From: Truepera sp.
GTDB taxonomy: Bacteria; Deinococcota; Deinococci; Deinococcales; Trueperaceae
Length of the DNA stretch: 64,000 bases
Assembly: GCA_965218435.1 (NCBI GenBank)
Contig: CBDCKW010000005.1
Span: 576,001-640,000, forward strand
Reading direction: 5' to 3'
This document shows, one piece after another, positions 10,001-19,855 of this stretch. The notes below the pieces were generated by a model. That model was not told where the DNA came from. It saw only the letters and a program-made list of their open reading frames with translations, and searched no databases. Position 1 is the stretch's first letter; each line of letters starts with the position of its first letter. The translations under genes were made by a program, and so were the position numbers.

Positions 10001-11386
10001 TCCTTCAGTTGCAGTTAAAGCTTTTAAGCTGAGGCTATGACTAAACTTTCTTTGGATCAGGTGTGCAATTGGGCAGATGAACTTGATGACCTGTACGCCC
10101 GCATTGCCCCGCGCTTCACCCGAGCGGAGCCGCGGCGACGGGCGCGTTCTTATTTGCAAGGGTTACTGAGCCCGATCAAGCGCAAGAACGGCTGGCAGCT
10201 AGCGGAACAAGCCGGTGAAGCGACACCTTACGGTACGCAGCGGCTACTCAACGGCTCACAGTGGGACGCAGAAGAGGTGCGCGATGATCTGCGGGATTAT
10301 GTTGTGGAGCAGCTCGGCTCGGAAGAGGCCGTGCTAGTTGTCGACGAAACCGGCTTTCTGAAAAAGGGCGACCACTCGGTGGGGTCAAACGGCAGTATTC
10401 AGGTACAGCCGGACGCGTCGAGAACTGCCAGGTCGGAGTGTTTCTAGCCTATGCGAGTGAAGCAGGCACAGCGTTCATTGACCGCGAGCTGTTCTTACCC
10501 CGGGAGTGGGCAGATAGCGAGACGCGCCGGACTCAGGGCCAGGTTCCCGAAGACCGAGCGTTTCTGAGTAAACCGCAATTGGCGCAGCGGATGCTCGAGC
10601 GCACTTTCAAGGCGGGTGTGCAAGCGGCGTGGGTTACGGCGGACACGGTGTACTCCTCAGGAAAGATGCGACAGCTTTTAGAGAAACGCCAGCAACCCTA
10701 TATTCTGGCGGTACCTGCCAACTTCATGCTGCGGTTTATTGCTGAGGATGGGCTGCAGCAGCCCCGCATCGCCGAATTGTTCAAGACGCTAGGGTCACAA
10801 GCCTGGCAACGCTTATCGGCAGGCAGTGGTAGTAAGGGAGAACGTCTATACGACTGGGCGTGGCTAAGCTTGCGCAAGTTGAGCACGTCGCGGCCTGAGC
10901 TTGCGCCCCTTATCGAACCGGGATTCGACCGCTGGTTTTTGGCAAGGCGCAGCCTAGACGACCCTGAGGAACTCGCCTATTACGTCGTTTTTGCACCTCA
11001 GCCGACCACGCTTGCCGAGGCCGTTCGCGTCGCCGGTACCAGGTGGGTGATCGAGACCGGCTTTGAGGCTGTGAAAGGGGAAGCTGGACTCGCTGAGTAC
11101 GAGACCCGCTCATGGTCGGGCTGGTATCGCCATATCACCGTGTCACTATTGGCGCACGCATTCCTGAGCGCCATCCGTGCTCAGGAGGCTAAAAAAGGGG
11201 TGACGGAGACGGTAAACTTATCGCGTTGAGCGTGCCGGAAGTGCGGCACTTGCTTTGTCTGCTACTTTGGCATGACAGGCTGAGTCCACACGTTGTTCTA
11301 GCTTGGTCGTACTGGCAACGAAGGCACCAAGCTCATGCGAAACAGGCTCATTGCAGACGGCAAAAACGTCATCTGCAACTGTAGGA
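10001..11386 (+). mobile_element. IS701-family insertion sequence
   Basis: Terminal IRs TCCTTCAGTTGCAG / TCCTACAGTTGCAG; CTAG on both flanks (9997-10000, 11387-11390). Confidence 0.9.
10037..11384 (+). pseudogene. IS701 transposase, frameshifted
   Basis: [19 protein letters not shown]; one G missing at ~10381-10384 breaks [17 protein letters not shown]; second shift at AAAAAAGGGG ~11191 into the LSVPEVRHL...W.RRHQ tail. Confidence 0.85.
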
Positions 11387-11436
11387 CTAGTAAAAGAGAC
11401 GTGCTGCGTAAGGTCTGCGGAGCTGGAATCAACACG

Positions 11437-12432
11437 CTAAGAATAGTGTGCCTTTATACGCTCCACGGTAAAAGAAACAGTACTTCCTACAAGCTCCCGC
11501 AACTTAGGGTTGTCAGGGCGTCCAAGTATCCAGGCATTGAGCAATAGACGACGCGCCACGAAGAACGTCGAGAGTTGCAACTCCGCACCGGTCGCAAGCG
11601 GGCGGACACGCCGGTAGCCGGTAAAGAACGCTTGGCAGAGCGTCTCAAAGTCGTTACGATGCTCAACCTCGAGGAGCGACACCGCTACGTCGTACAAGAA
11701 ATGTCCCCAGCCACAGTCGTCGAAGTCAATGGCTCTGACGTTACCCTTATGAAACAGATAGTTCTCCTGGTGCAGATCTGCATGGATAAGGTTGAAGTCA
11801 CTGGGGTCTCGCCCTACCGCCGCTATTTCGCTCAACATGCGCTCGTAGGCGTGACGGAGAAAGTCGGCATCTTTCTTTGAACCGAATTGTCTACTTGTCT
11901 CCAAGCTTTCAAGCATCGTTTGGTTGTTAGGGTCTGCATATCTTACGACAGGTCTTGCAAAGTTTTCGGGGAGTGAGCCAGCCTCCGCGTGCTGGTGGAG
12001 TCTGGCCATTAAACTGCCTACTTGGTCAAACGTCGTGGGAGTCAACTGATTGCGGTGCTTAAAGCGTCCCTCAACCCAAGCAAATAGGACACAGCAGCGA
12101 GGGTCCGGGATACGCTCATCTTGGACGACCGTTAAGAGATCGTTGCTACGTGTGTTGACCGGCCCAGGTACAACTAAGCCGGTATCTTTTCTAAGTGCAA
12201 CCAGCCATTGCAGTTCGGAACGGACGAACTTTATGCCTTCCTCTCCAAGCGGTTGATGGACACGCAACGCGTAGCTTCCCTTGTCCGTGTCCACTCTAAA
12301 CACCGTATTCGTCCAGTGATGTAAGAGGGTGATTCGCTTAGGGTTTACAGCGTATTCACGCAGCGCCCTAACAGCAAGCAAACGAAGTCGGCGGGCTTGA
12401 CCTTGTGAGGCCAGATTCTCAAACGGTTTCAT
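11437..12432 (-). CDS. APH/homoserine-kinase-II-type phosphotransferase
   Basis: NTVFRV, YALRVH, ARLH, LIHADLHQEN, IDFDDCGWG. Confidence 0.88.
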   Translation of the reverse strand: MKPFENLASQGQARRLRLLAVRALREYAVNPKRITLLHHWTNTVFRVDTDKGSYALRVHQPLGEEGIKFVRSELQWLVALRKDTGLVVPGPVNTRSNDLLTVVQDERIPDPRCCVLFAWVEGRFKHRNQLTPTTFDQVGSLMARLHQHAEAGSLPENFARPVVRYADPNNQTMLESLETSRQFGSKKDADFLRHAYERMLSEIAAVGRDPSDFNLIHADLHQENYLFHKGNVRAIDFDDCGWGHFLYDVAVSLLEVEHRNDFETLCQAFFTGYRRVRPLATGAELQLSTFFVARRLLLNAWILGRPDNPKLRELVGSTVSFTVERIKAHYS

Positions 12433-12854
12433 GTTGCACCCTCAAAGAAGGCGTACCGACAAGTCAACAACATTTCTTCCCTTTCAGCAGTAGAACAAGA
12501 CGAGCAGCGTAAACTCCGCCGACACACTCGAGACTGCTAGGGGAAAAGCGTTGAAGTTACTTAGCAGTAAAAGCGGAGATGTAAGTCGGTGAAATTTGCG
12601 TTTTGAAAGCAGTTATTCGTTTCATAACACACCTCCTATGGATAATGGAATTCCAGAATTGTACAGCGTTCGGGAAGCATTGGCAAATTACGCAAGTAAC
12701 CGGCCCAACCTCTGCATAAGGTACGGTTTTTCGAAAAACTCCCGACGCTCGAACGTTTTGTATTTCATACTGAATCCATACTGGTAAGACAGAACCGGCG
12801 GTGGCCGATATGACGTATGTAACGTCTAGCCACTGATAAGTCTATACTCGCACT

Positions 12855-13001
12855 ATGGACTCTCGTCCATTGGGCTCAGGCCTCATGCCCATCGGACGCT
12901 TTGCACAGGCGTCCCAGCGCTCACTCAAAACTTTACGGCTCTACAGCGGATAGACGCCTAATATAATCGACCCAGATCTCGGCTACCGCTACCACAATTA
13001 A
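12855..13001 (+). pseudogene. MerR-family regulator HTH remnant
   Basis: TATACT-N6-ATG; LMPIGRFAQASQRSLKTLRLY then a stop, then IDPDLGYRYH*. Confidence 0.65.
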
Positions 13002-13014
13002 CAGAAACGCTATT

Positions 13015-14493
13015 CTAACCAATACAGATTAGCTCCAAACTCATCATGCGAGCAAGCTTTCGAAGCTTAGTTGCCTGATGTCCTACTCCAAGAGCACAGT
13101 GGTGTGTTGGTCCTTGAGCGCACCATTCATTCATGAAGGTGGCAGGGTCAAGGCCAAACTTAAGCCTCGTATTGGTATTGCCAATCTGCATCGTTTCACC
13201 TTGAACAGCTTCCCCCTCCGCCACGATCATCTTGAGCTTTCCGTCCGCCGTTTGAGTTATCCCGAGAATAGTGACTGGTCCTAGCTTTACATTGAATTCG
13301 ACCGAGACGCCGAAACCGCGTTTGCCGTGATAAAGGCTTAAACCGCGTAAAACGGGCTTCTCGTCACTGGTAGCGACATGCCCGGGTCCGTCATGCCCCA
13401 TCAGGATAAAATCCTCGCTAAAGTCGAGCGCGTAAAACTCGGTGTACGAACCGCCCGCACCAAGCCGGTCAAGCAGCATCATGGCAACGCAAGTTTTTAA
13501 GTCTCCCTCACCCGCAGCGGGTATTCCGCGCGCAGTGAGAAGAGAGTTGCCCACGATTACCGACGCACCGAGTTCTTCAAAGGCGTTGCCGCCCAACCCC
13601 CGGTAGTAGTAGGTCAAACCTTGCAGATCGAAGTCCGAAACCAGTTTGTCTAAACCGCATGCAACACGGGCACTCCACTTGAGCTCGTCCGAGCTAACCT
13701 CTTGAGAAATCTGGTCGTGCCCCGGCTCGGCGATGTCAAAAACGCGCCTGATTTCAGCCAGCTTTGCCTGTATAGCCTCGTCCGTTGCCTCTTGTACGCG
13801 TACCTGCAGGTCGTCCATCTCTAACACTTCGATGTGGGTACCAAGCTGCGCATGGTGCATGGTGAAGTCTGAATACATATCGAGCATCCCGGGATAAGTG
13901 TGACCCAGAAACCCGATGCGGCTATAGCGAACAGCGCGCGTGACAGACGCAGCACTTACCCAGTTACCAATTTCTGTCCAGGCACGTTCAAAGTAACGGT
14001 TCGCCTGACCTTCAGCAGGCTCGAGCAGTCCTGTCACGACGTTAAAGGGAATCTTACTACGGGCGAAGGCGTTCGAGATTTCCGGCACACAGCAGGCTGC
14101 ACAGTTCGCAAGCCATTCGGCAGTGTCAGTGTTCAAGTAGTTGAGCGCGGGGACGGGCTGCAAGTTAAGCACCAGTACAGGCGCGTTCCGCCGCTGCACA
14201 GCAGGTAAAACTTGCGACGAAGTACTGTACGTACCTACATAACAGACAATGAGGTCGACATTCTCCCGTGTAAAAAAATCGCCTGCTGACTTGGCCTTGG
14301 GCGCGTCGTCTATGAGCCCAGCGGAGACGACCTCTGCTCCCAGCTCCCTCAGCCGTGTCTCGACGGCTTGTTGATAGCCCTCGAGCCTCTCCCTCAACCC
14401 TTCAAACTGGGGCCAGTAAGCTGCGAGGCCGACGCCGAACACACCGACGCGGGGTTTAGGTGACTCAATCCGGTTGAGCGTTGAGTGTGTCAT
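13015..14493 (-). CDS. L-fucose/L-arabinose isomerase family protein
   Basis: GEGD, FTE-like YTEFY, MGHDGPGH, GNTN, GPTHHCALGVGH. Confidence 0.85.
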   Translation of the reverse strand: MTHSTLNRIESPKPRVGVFGVGLAAYWPQFEGLRERLEGYQQAVETRLRELGAEVVSAGLIDDAPKAKSAGDFFTRENVDLIVCYVGTYSTSSQVLPAVQRRNAPVLVLNLQPVPALNYLNTDTAEWLANCAACCVPEISNAFARSKIPFNVVTGLLEPAEGQANRYFERAWTEIGNWVSAASVTRAVRYSRIGFLGHTYPGMLDMYSDFTMHHAQLGTHIEVLEMDDLQVRVQEATDEAIQAKLAEIRRVFDIAEPGHDQISQEVSSDELKWSARVACGLDKLVSDFDLQGLTYYYRGLGGNAFEELGASVIVGNSLLTARGIPAAGEGDLKTCVAMMLLDRLGAGGSYTEFYALDFSEDFILMGHDGPGHVATSDEKPVLRGLSLYHGKRGFGVSVEFNVKLGPVTILGITQTADGKLKMIVAEGEAVQGETMQIGNTNTRLKFGLDPATFMNEWCAQGPTHHCALGVGHQATKLRKLARMMSLELICIG

Positions 14494-14526
14494 GAGGACT
14501 CCTTAAAAGATGATTAAACGTTGGTT

Positions 14527-15450
14527 TCAGCCTGCGACGACCCGGTTCTCGAGCACCCCGATACCGCTCACTTCGGCGCGCATCACGTCACCGGCTTTTA
14601 GGTACTTGGGCGGGTCGAAACCTAGACCCACGCCGGGCGGCGTGCCGGTAGCGATGATGTCACCGGGCTCGAGAGTAAATAGCCCCGATAGGTAAGCTAA
14701 AATCTCGTTGACAGGGTTGAGCATATCGCCAGCCGGCGCATTTTGCCTCAGCTCACCGTTAACCCAAAGTTTGAGTTGCGCTCCGGCAGGGTCGAAGGCG
14801 TCCGCTGTGACCACCGCTGGGCCTAAGGGCGCGTAGCTGTCGCAAGTTTTACCCGCCACCCACTGCCCGCCGCGCTCGAGCTGCAAGTCCCTCGCGCTGA
14901 TGTCGTTGACGACTGTATAACCGAAAATGTAATCATGCGCGTCCTGAGCTGAAACGTCTTTCATGGTCTGCCCGACGATTACCGCCAGCTCGACCTCGTA
15001 ATCGAGCTTTTGCGTGTGCTTAGATAAGATAACCGGCTCGTTTGGCCCTACGATAGCGGAGGCGTACTTGCTAAAAAAGACGGGCGTTTCGGGCACCGCC
15101 ATCTTGGACTCGTCGGCGTGGGTCTGGTAGTTGAGGCCGATACCGATGAGCTTACCCGGACGCAGCAAGGGGGCGAGCAGCGCTACGTCGTCCTCACGCT
15201 GTGTAAAGTCGCCGCGCTCAGCTGCCCACGCTGCGACCTCTTGCGCGGCGACGCGAGCAACGTCGCCCAACTTGACGACGGTCTCGAGGTCAGAAAAAAA
15301 GGTTTTGGCTTTGAACTCAGCGTCGCCGGAGCGGGTTTCAAAAAGAGCTTTTGCGGCGAGGCGGAGGTCTAGAACGCCGCCGCCTGTCAACACGCCCAAA
15401 CGACTCTCGTAAGCCGGGCTCACCTCGGGTCTAAACGATACGAACTTCAC
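14527..15450 (-). CDS. Fumarylacetoacetate hydrolase family protein
   Basis: GIGLNY..H..E, LDYEVELAV, NDISARD, GK..D...PLGP, TGTPPGVG. Confidence 0.92.
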   Translation of the reverse strand: MKFVSFRPEVSPAYESRLGVLTGGGVLDLRLAAKALFETRSGDAEFKAKTFFSDLETVVKLGDVARVAAQEVAAWAAERGDFTQREDDVALLAPLLRPGKLIGIGLNYQTHADESKMAVPETPVFFSKYASAIVGPNEPVILSKHTQKLDYEVELAVIVGQTMKDVSAQDAHDYIFGYTVVNDISARDLQLERGGQWVAGKTCDSYAPLGPAVVTADAFDPAGAQLKLWVNGELRQNAPAGDMLNPVNEILAYLSGLFTLEPGDIIATGTPPGVGLGFDPPKYLKAGDVMRAEVSGIGVLENRVVAG

Positions 15451-15488
15451 GGGGTTTCCTTCATAGTGTCTCCTTCATCGGGTCTTTT

Positions 15489-16448
15489 TTACAATGCAAC
15501 CGGGCATCTGAGCGGGTGTCCTTGCAGCGCCCGCGCCGCTTCCTCTGCCGCCAGCTGTTGCAGGCGCGCGATAGCCCTTTCTGAATACCAGGCGATATGC
15601 GGGGTGAGGAGCAGGTCATCACTCTCACGCAGAGGTGAATTTTCAGGTAAAGGTTCTTCTTCAAAAACGTCCAGCGCAGCGGCGCGAATGTCGCCTGACT
15701 GCAGCGCCGCGACCAGCGCGTCCGGGTCGATCAGGCCGCCTCGAGCCGTATTCACCAGCACGGCGGTAGGTTTCATCTGCCCCAGTCTCTGTCGGTTGAT
15801 AAAGTGCCGCGTCTGCTCCGTTAAGGGAATGTGTAAGGTAATTGCGTCTGCTTTGGCAAGAAGCTCGTCTAACTCGGTGAGCGTCACGCCCAGTTCGTCG
15901 GCTTGCGTCTGGGACAAGTAGGGGTCGTAGACGAGAAAGGAGAAGCCGAACGCTTTCAGCCTCGCCACGACCTCGCTGCCGATACGCCCTAACCCAATCA
16001 GCCCGACGGTGGTTTCCTTGAAAGGCAACAGCGGTTTGGCTAGCTCGATACCGTCCCAGCGTCCTGCACGCACCCCCCGGTCAAGTGCGGGGATACGCCG
16101 CAGCAGGGTGAGCAGCAGCGCAGTGGTGTGTTCAGCCACCTCATCCATACAGTAGTCGGGGACATACGCGACCTTGACGCCGACCTCTTTGGCAGCAGCC
16201 AAGTCGATGGTGTCCACCCCGACGCCGTAACGCACGACGGTCGCGCCTTTGCCCAGGTGTTCCAGTACCTTCCGAGTGATGGGTGCAAACTGCGCTAAAA
16301 CGACCTCTGCGTCACCGACTGCCTCGATAACGTCGTTCTCGGTTTTACACTGATAGCCTTCGACCGACCCTCCGACTTTAGACAAGACATTTTGTTCGGG
16401 CTCGAGTGACGGAAAGGTGTAGTCCGTCACGACCACGCGGGCGCTCAC
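15489..16448 (-). CDS. D-2-hydroxyacid dehydrogenase (CtBP-like)
   Basis: RYGVGVD, GLIGLGRIG, VNTARG, LDVFEEEP, TPHIAW. Confidence 0.9.
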   Translation of the reverse strand: MSARVVVTDYTFPSLEPEQNVLSKVGGSVEGYQCKTENDVIEAVGDAEVVLAQFAPITRKVLEHLGKGATVVRYGVGVDTIDLAAAKEVGVKVAYVPDYCMDEVAEHTTALLLTLLRRIPALDRGVRAGRWDGIELAKPLLPFKETTVGLIGLGRIGSEVVARLKAFGFSFLVYDPYLSQTQADELGVTLTELDELLAKADAITLHIPLTEQTRHFINRQRLGQMKPTAVLVNTARGGLIDPDALVAALQSGDIRAAALDVFEEEPLPENSPLRESDDLLLTPHIAWYSERAIARLQQLAAEEAARALQGHPLRCPVAL

Positions 16449-17197
16449 GCCGTCACCGCCAAGTCTGCACGTTTGCGAAACGCCTCGTCGCGGAAGCTGA
16501 CCTCTTGTCCGGCAAGGTCGGCGGCCTCGTCGGTAAAGAGCCAGGCGAGGGCGCGGGCGACCTCTGCCGGCTCGGAGAGGGCTTCGCGGCTCAGCTTGCT
16601 CACTTCATTGAGGCCCGAGGCGCGGATTTCGCCCTGCATTTCGGTGTCCACCACGCCCGGACTAAAGCCGTAGACACGGGCGCGGGTCTCGAGCGCCAGC
16701 GAGTTTGTAAGCATCGCCAGACCTGCTTTACCCGTACAGTAGGCGCTCCACCCCTCGAGCGCCCGGTGCGCCGCCCCGGAACTCAGGTTGACGATGACGC
16801 CGCCCTTCATATGCGTCAAGGCCGCGTGACAGACGTTAAACGCACCTACGATATTCACCTGGATATTTTGCGCCCACGCTGCCGGGTCGGTGTCGGCAAA
16901 GGCGGCAATCGGGTGAATCACCCCAGCGTTGTTGATGACCCCAGTGAGACTGCCGAAGCGGTCTAAAGTTTCGTTGATGAGCGCCGTGACCTGTGCATAG
17001 TCGGCGACGTCACAGCCGACAGCGTGTGCCTGCCCGCCTGACCCCGTAATCTCGTCCGCAATAGTTTTGGTGGCTTCCGTACTCCGCGCGGCTAATACGA
17101 CTCGCGCACCCTGCCTTGCCAGCTCCCTGACCGTCGCCGCCCCGATGCCCCGGCTCGAGCCCGTCACGATAATGACGTGATTTTCTAAAGTTGCCAT
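16445..17197 (-). CDS. Short-chain dehydrogenase/reductase
   Basis: TGSSRGIG, NNAG, SSGAA, YCTGK, PGVVDT; start at ATG 17197. Confidence 0.88.
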   Translation of the reverse strand: MATLENHVIIVTGSSRGIGAATVRELARQGARVVLAARSTEATKTIADEITGSGGQAHAVGCDVADYAQVTALINETLDRFGSLTGVINNAGVIHPIAAFADTDPAAWAQNIQVNIVGAFNVCHAALTHMKGGVIVNLSSGAAHRALEGWSAYCTGKAGLAMLTNSLALETRARVYGFSPGVVDTEMQGEIRASGLNEVSKLSREALSEPAEVARALAWLFTDEAADLAGQEVSFRDEAFRKRADLAVTA

Positions 17198-17199
17198 CC

Positions 17200-17514
17200 T
17201 CAGTCCATATGCCACTGCAAGGGCAGCAGGTAGGGAAAGTTCGTCGTCGGGTCGGTTTCGACTTTCATCACAGGCGTCATCGACTCGCCCCAACGCGCGT
17301 TGACTTCGCTTTTACCTAGTGCCTCGGTGGTTCCTTCGAGGTCGTCCGTTTCAAAATAACCGAACAACGTCAGGCCATGCCGAAAAATCGAATAGTTGCT
17401 AATGCCCACCTCACGCAGCGCCTCAACCATCTCAGGCCAAATCTCGTCGTGCCGTCTTTTGTACTCTTCTTCGTAACCGGGCCGCACTTCTAACACCCAT
17501 GCATACTGCGCCAT
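17200..17514 (-). CDS. rhaM: L-rhamnose mutarotase family protein
   Basis: EEYKRRHDEIWPEM...GISNYSIF...LFGYFE...W...M. Confidence 0.85.
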   Translation of the reverse strand: MAQYAWVLEVRPGYEEEYKRRHDEIWPEMVEALREVGISNYSIFRHGLTLFGYFETDDLEGTTEALGKSEVNARWGESMTPVMKVETDPTTNFPYLLPLQWHMD

Positions 17515-17517
17515 GTT

Positions 17518-18276
17518 TCAACCTCTTTCTAGATAGTCGTAGATAATCTCGCCGGGAACTAACTGAAAGTCTGCTCGCCAGTAAAACGCCTCGAGCATCT
17601 CCCGAACCGGCAGCTTGTAAACCGGGGCCTGCGCGTTCGGCCTCAGCTCGACGGTGCCGGGGCCGCGCCAGCACTCGTGAACCGTCACGTTACTGAGGCG
17701 TCTCGAGGTCAGTTGCCGGATGGCGGGCCGCCCGTCGATATGGTTTACCGCCTTCAAGTTCAAATTGAGCGCGAAGTCCATGTAGTCGGACAACCCGCTT
17801 ATCTCGGCGCGTTGTTGCTTGTAGACGGTTGTCCCCGTAATCACCTCGAGCCTGTTGCGCGTCACCGTGCCGACGATGAGGTCACCCCTTACCTCGAGCT
17901 TCGGTTCGGCAAACTTTTTCGGTTGCCCGTGCAGCTCGCGCCCGTGCGCCACGCCGATGTCGCTGTTTAAGAACAGATAGGGCGAGTAAGCGCCCTCCGC
18001 CACACCCGGCAAGCTCGCCCCGACCATCACGTTGCACTCCTGATAATGGCCCAGATAGTCCACGTCGTGCATGTCGTAAAGGTGGATGAGGACGGTTTCG
18101 GAAGTGGCTTCGAGCGGCGGCGGTAGAAGTGCTTCGACGGCCTCCCGCTCCGTTTGGTACACGAGCGTCAAAATCTCGCAGTTGCGAAACCCCAAGGGGT
18201 AGGGCGGTACCAGGGGCGCGTCCCACGGGGTCGAGAAACCGCCGTCTAAGATGGTCTCGAGGCTGAGTCGGCTCAA
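17518..18276 (-). CDS. Acetoacetate decarboxylase family protein
   Basis: TP.DAPL.PP.P, Y.E, GRELHGQPKK containing the Schiff-base Lys motif. Confidence 0.85.
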   Translation of the reverse strand: MSRLSLETILDGGFSTPWDAPLVPPYPLGFRNCEILTLVYQTEREAVEALLPPPLEATSETVLIHLYDMHDVDYLGHYQECNVMVGASLPGVAEGAYSPYLFLNSDIGVAHGRELHGQPKKFAEPKLEVRGDLIVGTVTRNRLEVITGTTVYKQQRAEISGLSDYMDFALNLNLKAVNHIDGRPAIRQLTSRRLSNVTVHECWRGPGTVELRPNAQAPVYKLPVREMLEAFYWRADFQLVPGEIIYDYLERG

Positions 18277-19025
18277 GTGCCCTCCGCGAGACGCGGCGCA
18301 CCCTCAGGCGCAGGTTTACCGACGCGCTCGTAGTATTCGGCGGGAATATCTTTCGGGTCTTTGTAGATGTACCAGGTGCAGCTGCCGTCCGGGTCGCCGG
18401 TATACTCGGTGACGCGCAGCGGATGCCCGTAGTTTTCGATGGCTAAAATCTCGTTGACGTAGGCGCAGTGCCCGCAGTAGAGGCAGACGTTCTCCTTCCC
18501 CCAAGTCCAGTCGTGGGCGCTTTCGCTAAACCCGAACAGCTCCGGGTTAGGCTCTTTGCCCTCGGCAAGGCGTTTGATGGCGACGCCGCCCGAACCGCAC
18601 GGTTCCAAGTCGATACGCCAGCGTTTCCCCTCGTCGGTGACGCCTAGCTCACCGCGTCGCCTCGGCCCCATCAAGTGCCCACGCAGACCTTCGACGGTGA
18701 GCTGAAGCTGCGTCTCTGCGTCCGCCGCCATTACTGCGTCGTAGCGGTCACGGTAGTAGCTGCCGAGAATGGCGCGGTAGGCGTCCTCGAGCGCGTCCTC
18801 CCCTTGCGTTTTTTGAATATAGCTAAAAAACGACCAGGCCCAGTTCGCGTACATGTCGTGGACGACTTGCCACTCGAAGCGGGCGTACTCGAGCCGTTCC
18901 TTTGCCAGCTCCATATCGCCCTGCGCCATCGCCTCTTCGACCTGCGCGAGCGTCGCATGACCCTGTTCGGTCGGCGCTTCTTGCCGTAAAGAGCGCCCTA
19001 CAATGTCCGACGGTTTTAAGTTCAC
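18273..19025 (-). CDS. Hypothetical Cys/His-rich protein (possibly V4R/ATC-hydrolase-like metal-binding fold)
   Basis: AAGGAGG RBS and GTGA overlap; motifs LRGH, PCGSGG, CLYCGHC, CTWYIYK. Fold assignment is a guess. Confidence 0.7.
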   Translation of the reverse strand: MNLKPSDIVGRSLRQEAPTEQGHATLAQVEEAMAQGDMELAKERLEYARFEWQVVHDMYANWAWSFFSYIQKTQGEDALEDAYRAILGSYYRDRYDAVMAADAETQLQLTVEGLRGHLMGPRRRGELGVTDEGKRWRIDLEPCGSGGVAIKRLAEGKEPNPELFGFSESAHDWTWGKENVCLYCGHCAYVNEILAIENYGHPLRVTEYTGDPDGSCTWYIYKDPKDIPAEYYERVGKPAPEGAPRLAEGT

Positions 19026-19855
19026 AGCTCCTCCTTGCCGGTTCCTTCTCCCGTAGTCTTTTCTTCTACAGCCTTTTTTGGGGGCGTTGCGCCGTAGCCC
19101 GTCCAACCGCCCGTGACGTTAATCTGCTCGCCCGTAATGAACCCGGCCTCTTTTGAAGCGAGGTAGGTGACCGCCACCGCCACCTCCTCGGACGTACACC
19201 AGCGGCCTAGCGGAATGCTTTTTAAGACGTTCGCCTCGAAGGTCTGCCAGTCTTGTTCCAGCAGCTCCGCCTTCGCCCGGAACCACCGTTCCATCCCCGT
19301 CCCCAGCCCGATGTGACCGGGGGCGACGGCGTTGACGGTGACGTTGTAGGGGGCGAGCTCGAGCGCCAAACACTGTGTCAAGCCCCAGACCGCGTATTTT
19401 GAAGCGATGTAGGCGCTCGAGAACGGGTTGCCCGTGAGCCGGGTGATGATGTTGACGATGCGCCCGCTCTCTTGCTTCATCAGGTGCGGCGCAGCGGCGC
19501 GGCAGACGTAAAAGCAGCCCCTCGAGTTCGTGGTGGCGATTTTTTCCCAGTCGTCGTCACTCAAATCTTTCAGGAGCTTCTGGATATGGACGCCCGCGTT
19601 ATTCACCACGATGTCCAAACGCCCAAAGTGTTCTACGGTCGTCTCAAGCAGAGCGTTGACCGAGGCGCTGTCCGTTACGTCTGTTTTTACCCCAAATCCG
19701 TTCAGTTCTTGTGCCGTCGTCTCCGTTTTCTCGTCATCAAGGTCGGCAATCACGACCTTGGCACCCTCGGCGTGGAGACGTGTAGCAATCGCCTTGCCGA
19801 TACCCGCTGCGCCGCCCGTGACGAGGGCAATTTGTCCTTTAAGCTGCTCGCTCAT
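19022..19855 (-). CDS. Short-chain dehydrogenase/reductase
   Basis: TGGAAGIG, NNAG, YIASK, VAPG. Confidence 0.9.
   Translation of the reverse strand: MSEQLKGQIALVTGGAAGIGKAIATRLHAEGAKVVIADLDDEKTETTAQELNGFGVKTDVTDSASVNALLETTVEHFGRLDIVVNNAGVHIQKLLKDLSDDDWEKIATTNSRGCFYVCRAAAPHLMKQESGRIVNIITRLTGNPFSSAYIASKYAVWGLTQCLALELAPYNVTVNAVAPGHIGLGTGMERWFRAKAELLEQDWQTFEANVLKSIPLGRWCTSEEVAVAVTYLASKEAGFITGEQINVTGGWTGYGATPPKKAVEEKTTGEGTGKEEL

Noticed and set aside
10381..10384. Programmed frameshift in the IS701 transposase
   Set aside because: A single missing G in a short homopolymer is better explained by mutation or sequencing error; no slippery motif.
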